32,000 nucleotides of DNA from Candidatus Saccharimonadota bacterium (GTDB lineage Bacteria > Pseudomonadota > Gammaproteobacteria > Enterobacterales > Enterobacteriaceae): contig CP145872.1 of assembly GCA_041941795.1 (NCBI GenBank), positions 30,001 to 62,000 of the forward strand, read 5' to 3'. This document shows, in pieces, positions 29,852-32,000 of the stretch. The notes beneath the pieces are model-generated. The model saw only the letters and a list, made by a program, of their open reading frames with translations, did no database searches and was not told the origin of the DNA. Every line of letters starts with the position of its first letter. Position 1 is the first letter of the stretch. The translations under genes were made by a program, and so were the position numbers.

Positions 29852-29960
29852 ATCGTTATTCCTGTGATCTAATCTTTATTTTATGATGACATAATGTATT
29901 ACTATACTACATTTTATGTGGATGTTCGATGATCATAAAAAATATAAGTAATAAATTTTC

Positions 29961-31271
29961 TTAAATAAATCGTTCATTATCTATGATGCTAATCATTTCA
30001 TGATATGAAATTCTCTCTTCGGTAATTAGAGCCTGCTTAAGGATAAGATCTATAATCTGTTCTTCTAATGATAAGTGAGAAATAATATTCATTATTTCCG
30101 TATTTTTACGAGAATCTTTTATAAAAGAAGGATCCCTCTCAGAGTAAATAGTTAAACTTTCCATTAATGATGTAATCTGATGATTCTGAGCTTCCAGATT
30201 ATTAATACGAATAACTTCATTCAATAATAATTCTCTAGCCACCCGTTGTTTGGCGTGATCTTCTAAAAAACAGCGCGGCATGAATTTCTTTTTTTTATTG
30301 ACTGTTAAAATCTTCGTCAAGTAATATTGACAGCATTGACTTTCTCTTTCTACCAGGGCAATAGGGACATCAATTTGATTTATTTTCAATAAATTATTTA
30401 ATAATTGGATCTTAATATAATGTCTAACTATATCTTGAAGTCCTATGTCAATATTTTTTCTCACTTCAGCTCGCAGATCGGACATCTTTCCTCCTGCTAT
30501 CCCAAAACGTTTAATTAATCCTTCACTGAGTTCTGTGAGTTCACCTTTTTCGATATGTTTGATTAAAATCCATAATTTTAGGAATCCTTTACGTCCTTGA
30601 CTATATGAGGGATGAAGTTCTATTTCTACGAAAAATTTTTCCCCCTGCCTATGACCAATAATACTTTTTTCTAAATCTAAACGGATCCGTCTCTGTCCTA
30701 GAATTAAAACCACATCCGTTACTTCTTCCCCCTCCATGATTTCATTTTCAATCTCTACTATACATTTCATATCAATGGTCACCCGATCCCAAAGCTGGGC
30801 AATTTGTGCACTGAGATTCCATTTTGCTTGTTGGGTACGAATCTTGAACAGCATATTATCTACGTCTTGTTCAGTAACTTCTACTCGTGGTTTTATAATC
30901 CTAAAGGTGTCCAATGTGGGAATATTAATTTCTGGAATAACTTCAAATTCTACCGCATAGGTAAAATCATGACCTATTTTATATTCTTCATAAACAAAAT
31001 TCAAATTTCCTACCCACATAATGTTGTGCGTGTTCACCTCTTTCAGAAAATTTTGCTGCATCATAGTACTCAACACTTCGTGAAGCACAGAAGTTCGATA
31101 ACGCTGAGATACAATTTTCAGAGGTACTTTTCCTTTTCGAAAACCGTCTATCAAAAATGTTTTTGCAACATTCATAAGCTTTTTTTTAACCATACTTTCA
31201 ATGCGCTCGGCAGAAATAGTAATTTTTATTCTCCGGCCCAGGAGATTAATATTATCCACTGATAATGTCAT
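29961..31271 (-). CDS. tig: trigger factor
   Basis: 436 aa. Ribosome-binging signature GFRKGKVP. Overall co-linear with E. coli TF, but the PPIase-domain core motif is degenerate (see findings). Confidence 0.96.
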   Translation of the reverse strand: MTLSVDNINLLGRRIKITISAERIESMVKKKLMNVAKTFLIDGFRKGKVPLKIVSQRYRTSVLHEVLSTMMQQNFLKEVNTHNIMWVGNLNFVYEEYKIGHDFTYAVEFEVIPEINIPTLDTFRIIKPRVEVTEQDVDNMLFKIRTQQAKWNLSAQIAQLWDRVTIDMKCIVEIENEIMEGEEVTDVVLILGQRRIRLDLEKSIIGHRQGEKFFVEIELHPSYSQGRKGFLKLWILIKHIEKGELTELSEGLIKRFGIAGGKMSDLRAEVRKNIDIGLQDIVRHYIKIQLLNNLLKINQIDVPIALVERESQCCQYYLTKILTVNKKKKFMPRCFLEDHAKQRVARELLLNEVIRINNLEAQNHQITSLMESLTIYSERDPSFIKDSRKNTEIMNIISHLSLEEQIIDLILKQALITEERISYHEMISIIDNERFI

Positions 31272-31299
31272 TATTTTATTACCTCAAAAAATGTGGGAT

Positions 31300-31520
31300 G
31301 CAAGTTTCGATGAGGAGTCTCAATCTTCCTACTCTTCATTAGTACTTACCTGACGAAAATAACAAGTCTTCTTCTTAATTTCTTAATAGAAGGATGATAG
31401 AAAATACATATCATTTATTCTTTTACCGCTTTCCCCTCTTACGGACCTCAATGAGACTATCTTTAACATTTACAGTTGTCACACCTTCTCGTAAAATAAC
31501 TCTAAAATTTCACGTCCATG
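31300..31520 (-). pseudogene. bolA: possible bolA relic upstream of tig
   Basis: Co-linear weak matches in shifting minus-strand frames. HHGREILELFYEK compares with MMIRERIEEKLRAAF. RGESGKRINDMYFLS compares with TGERFLNRHRMIYST. IKKLRRRLVIFV / EEDLLFSSG compares with TIKEWEGLQDTVFASPP. bolA precedes tig in E. coli. Confidence 0.3.
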
Positions 31521-31550
31521 ATGTAATAATCATTATACTTGAGGTATGAA

Positions 31551-32000
31551 ATGGCACAAAGAAAAAAAGTAGGGTTAGTTATTTCAATTATTACGATAAT
31601 TTTATTGTTAAGCGGGTGTCAGATAGATTTATTAGATCCTAAAGGAGAAATAGGAATTGAACAACGACGGTTGATATTAACTGCTCTGGGAGTAATGTTA
31701 CTTGTTGTTATCCCGGCTATCATAATGGTCCTTGCTTTTTCCATTAAGTATCGCCAAAGTAACACTACTGCCCGATACAGTCCTTCTTGGGGTCATTCTT
31801 ATAAAATAGAGGCGGTAGTTTGGGCACTTCCGATTATAATTATTATATTTCTAGGAATTAAAACCTGGCAAACCACTCACTTATTAGATCCTAATAAACC
31901 TATCCATTATAATAATATTAATCCTTTAACAATTGAAGTAGTATCAATGGATTGGAAATGGTTATTTATTTATCCCGCCCAGGGAGTAGCTGCTGTTAAT
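31551..32000 (+). CDS. cyoA: cytochrome bo3 ubiquinol oxidase subunit II (3' end outside the window)
   Basis: ATG 31551 has a GAGG SD 5 nt upstream. The frame is open to the window end (150 codons): [45 protein letters not shown]...[21 protein letters not shown]. Lipobox LLSGC. Co-linear with E. coli CyoA. Absent from the ORF track because no stop lies within the window. Confidence 0.95.
   Translation, partial: MAQRKKVGLVISIITIILLLSGCQIDLLDPKGEIGIEQRRLILTALGVMLLVVIPAIIMVLAFSIKYRQSNTTARYSPSWGHSYKIEAVVWALPIIIIIFLGIKTWQTTHLLDPNKPIHYNNINPLTIEVVSMDWKWLFIYPAQGVAAVN

Noticed and set aside
29889-29921. Imperfect inverted repeat CATAATGTA...TACATTTTATG between tig and clpP, a possible tig terminator
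   Set aside because: The stem is interrupted by a 2-nt bulge, is entirely AT-rich and has no clear U-run on the transcribed strand. It is too weak to call.
30804-31262. 152-aa plus-strand ORF (and the 74-aa ORF at 30736-30960) lying entirely inside tig on the opposite strand
   Set aside because: It is antisense to a well-conserved gene. The sequence is low-complexity and F/I/N/K/Y-rich with no recognisable motif or RBS. Long antisense ORFs are expected in AT-rich coding DNA.

Overview
Gene-dense, visibly AT-rich chromosome segment from a reduced Enterobacterales-type genome that looks like an insect endosymbiont. I cannot name the organism from sequence alone. It contains 27 protein genes and 2 tRNAs, almost all core housekeeping: maeB (partial), infA, trxB, serS, tRNA-Lys, proC, a ydiK-like permease, tRNA-Val, mdtK/norM, grxD, tyrS, clsA, yciK, sohB, pheT, pheS, rplT, rpmI, infC, thrS, ydjM, prmB, aroC, a YedA-like DMT transporter, ppiD, clpX, clpP, tig and cyoA (partial). 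The order is a mosaic of E. coli-type micro-synteny blocks. I found no CRISPR array, mobile element, toxin-antitoxin, defence or other accessory system, and I do not think a novel multi-gene system is present. The spacers are the interesting part. Most gaps longer than about 250 bp translate into short, frameshifted, co-linear relics of the gene E. coli carries at that position: ribE, pdxH, rluB, cobO, ihfA, hupB, lon and bolA. These relic calls rest on comparison with E. coli K-12 protein sequences recalled from memory plus synteny, and need blastx/tblastn confirmation. Other points: MaeB stops at the catalytic/PTA-like domain boundary; the tRNA-Lys has anticodon CUU; infC keeps its ATT start and overlaps thrS; the pheM leader is absent; the trigger-factor PPIase motif is degenerate; ClpP lacks a propeptide; and a 15-bp-arm hairpin sits between trxB and serS. 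Several ORF-track starts are over-extended (pheS, rpmI, ppiD, prmB, proC, yciK) and one is truncated (infC). Corrected coordinates are given.
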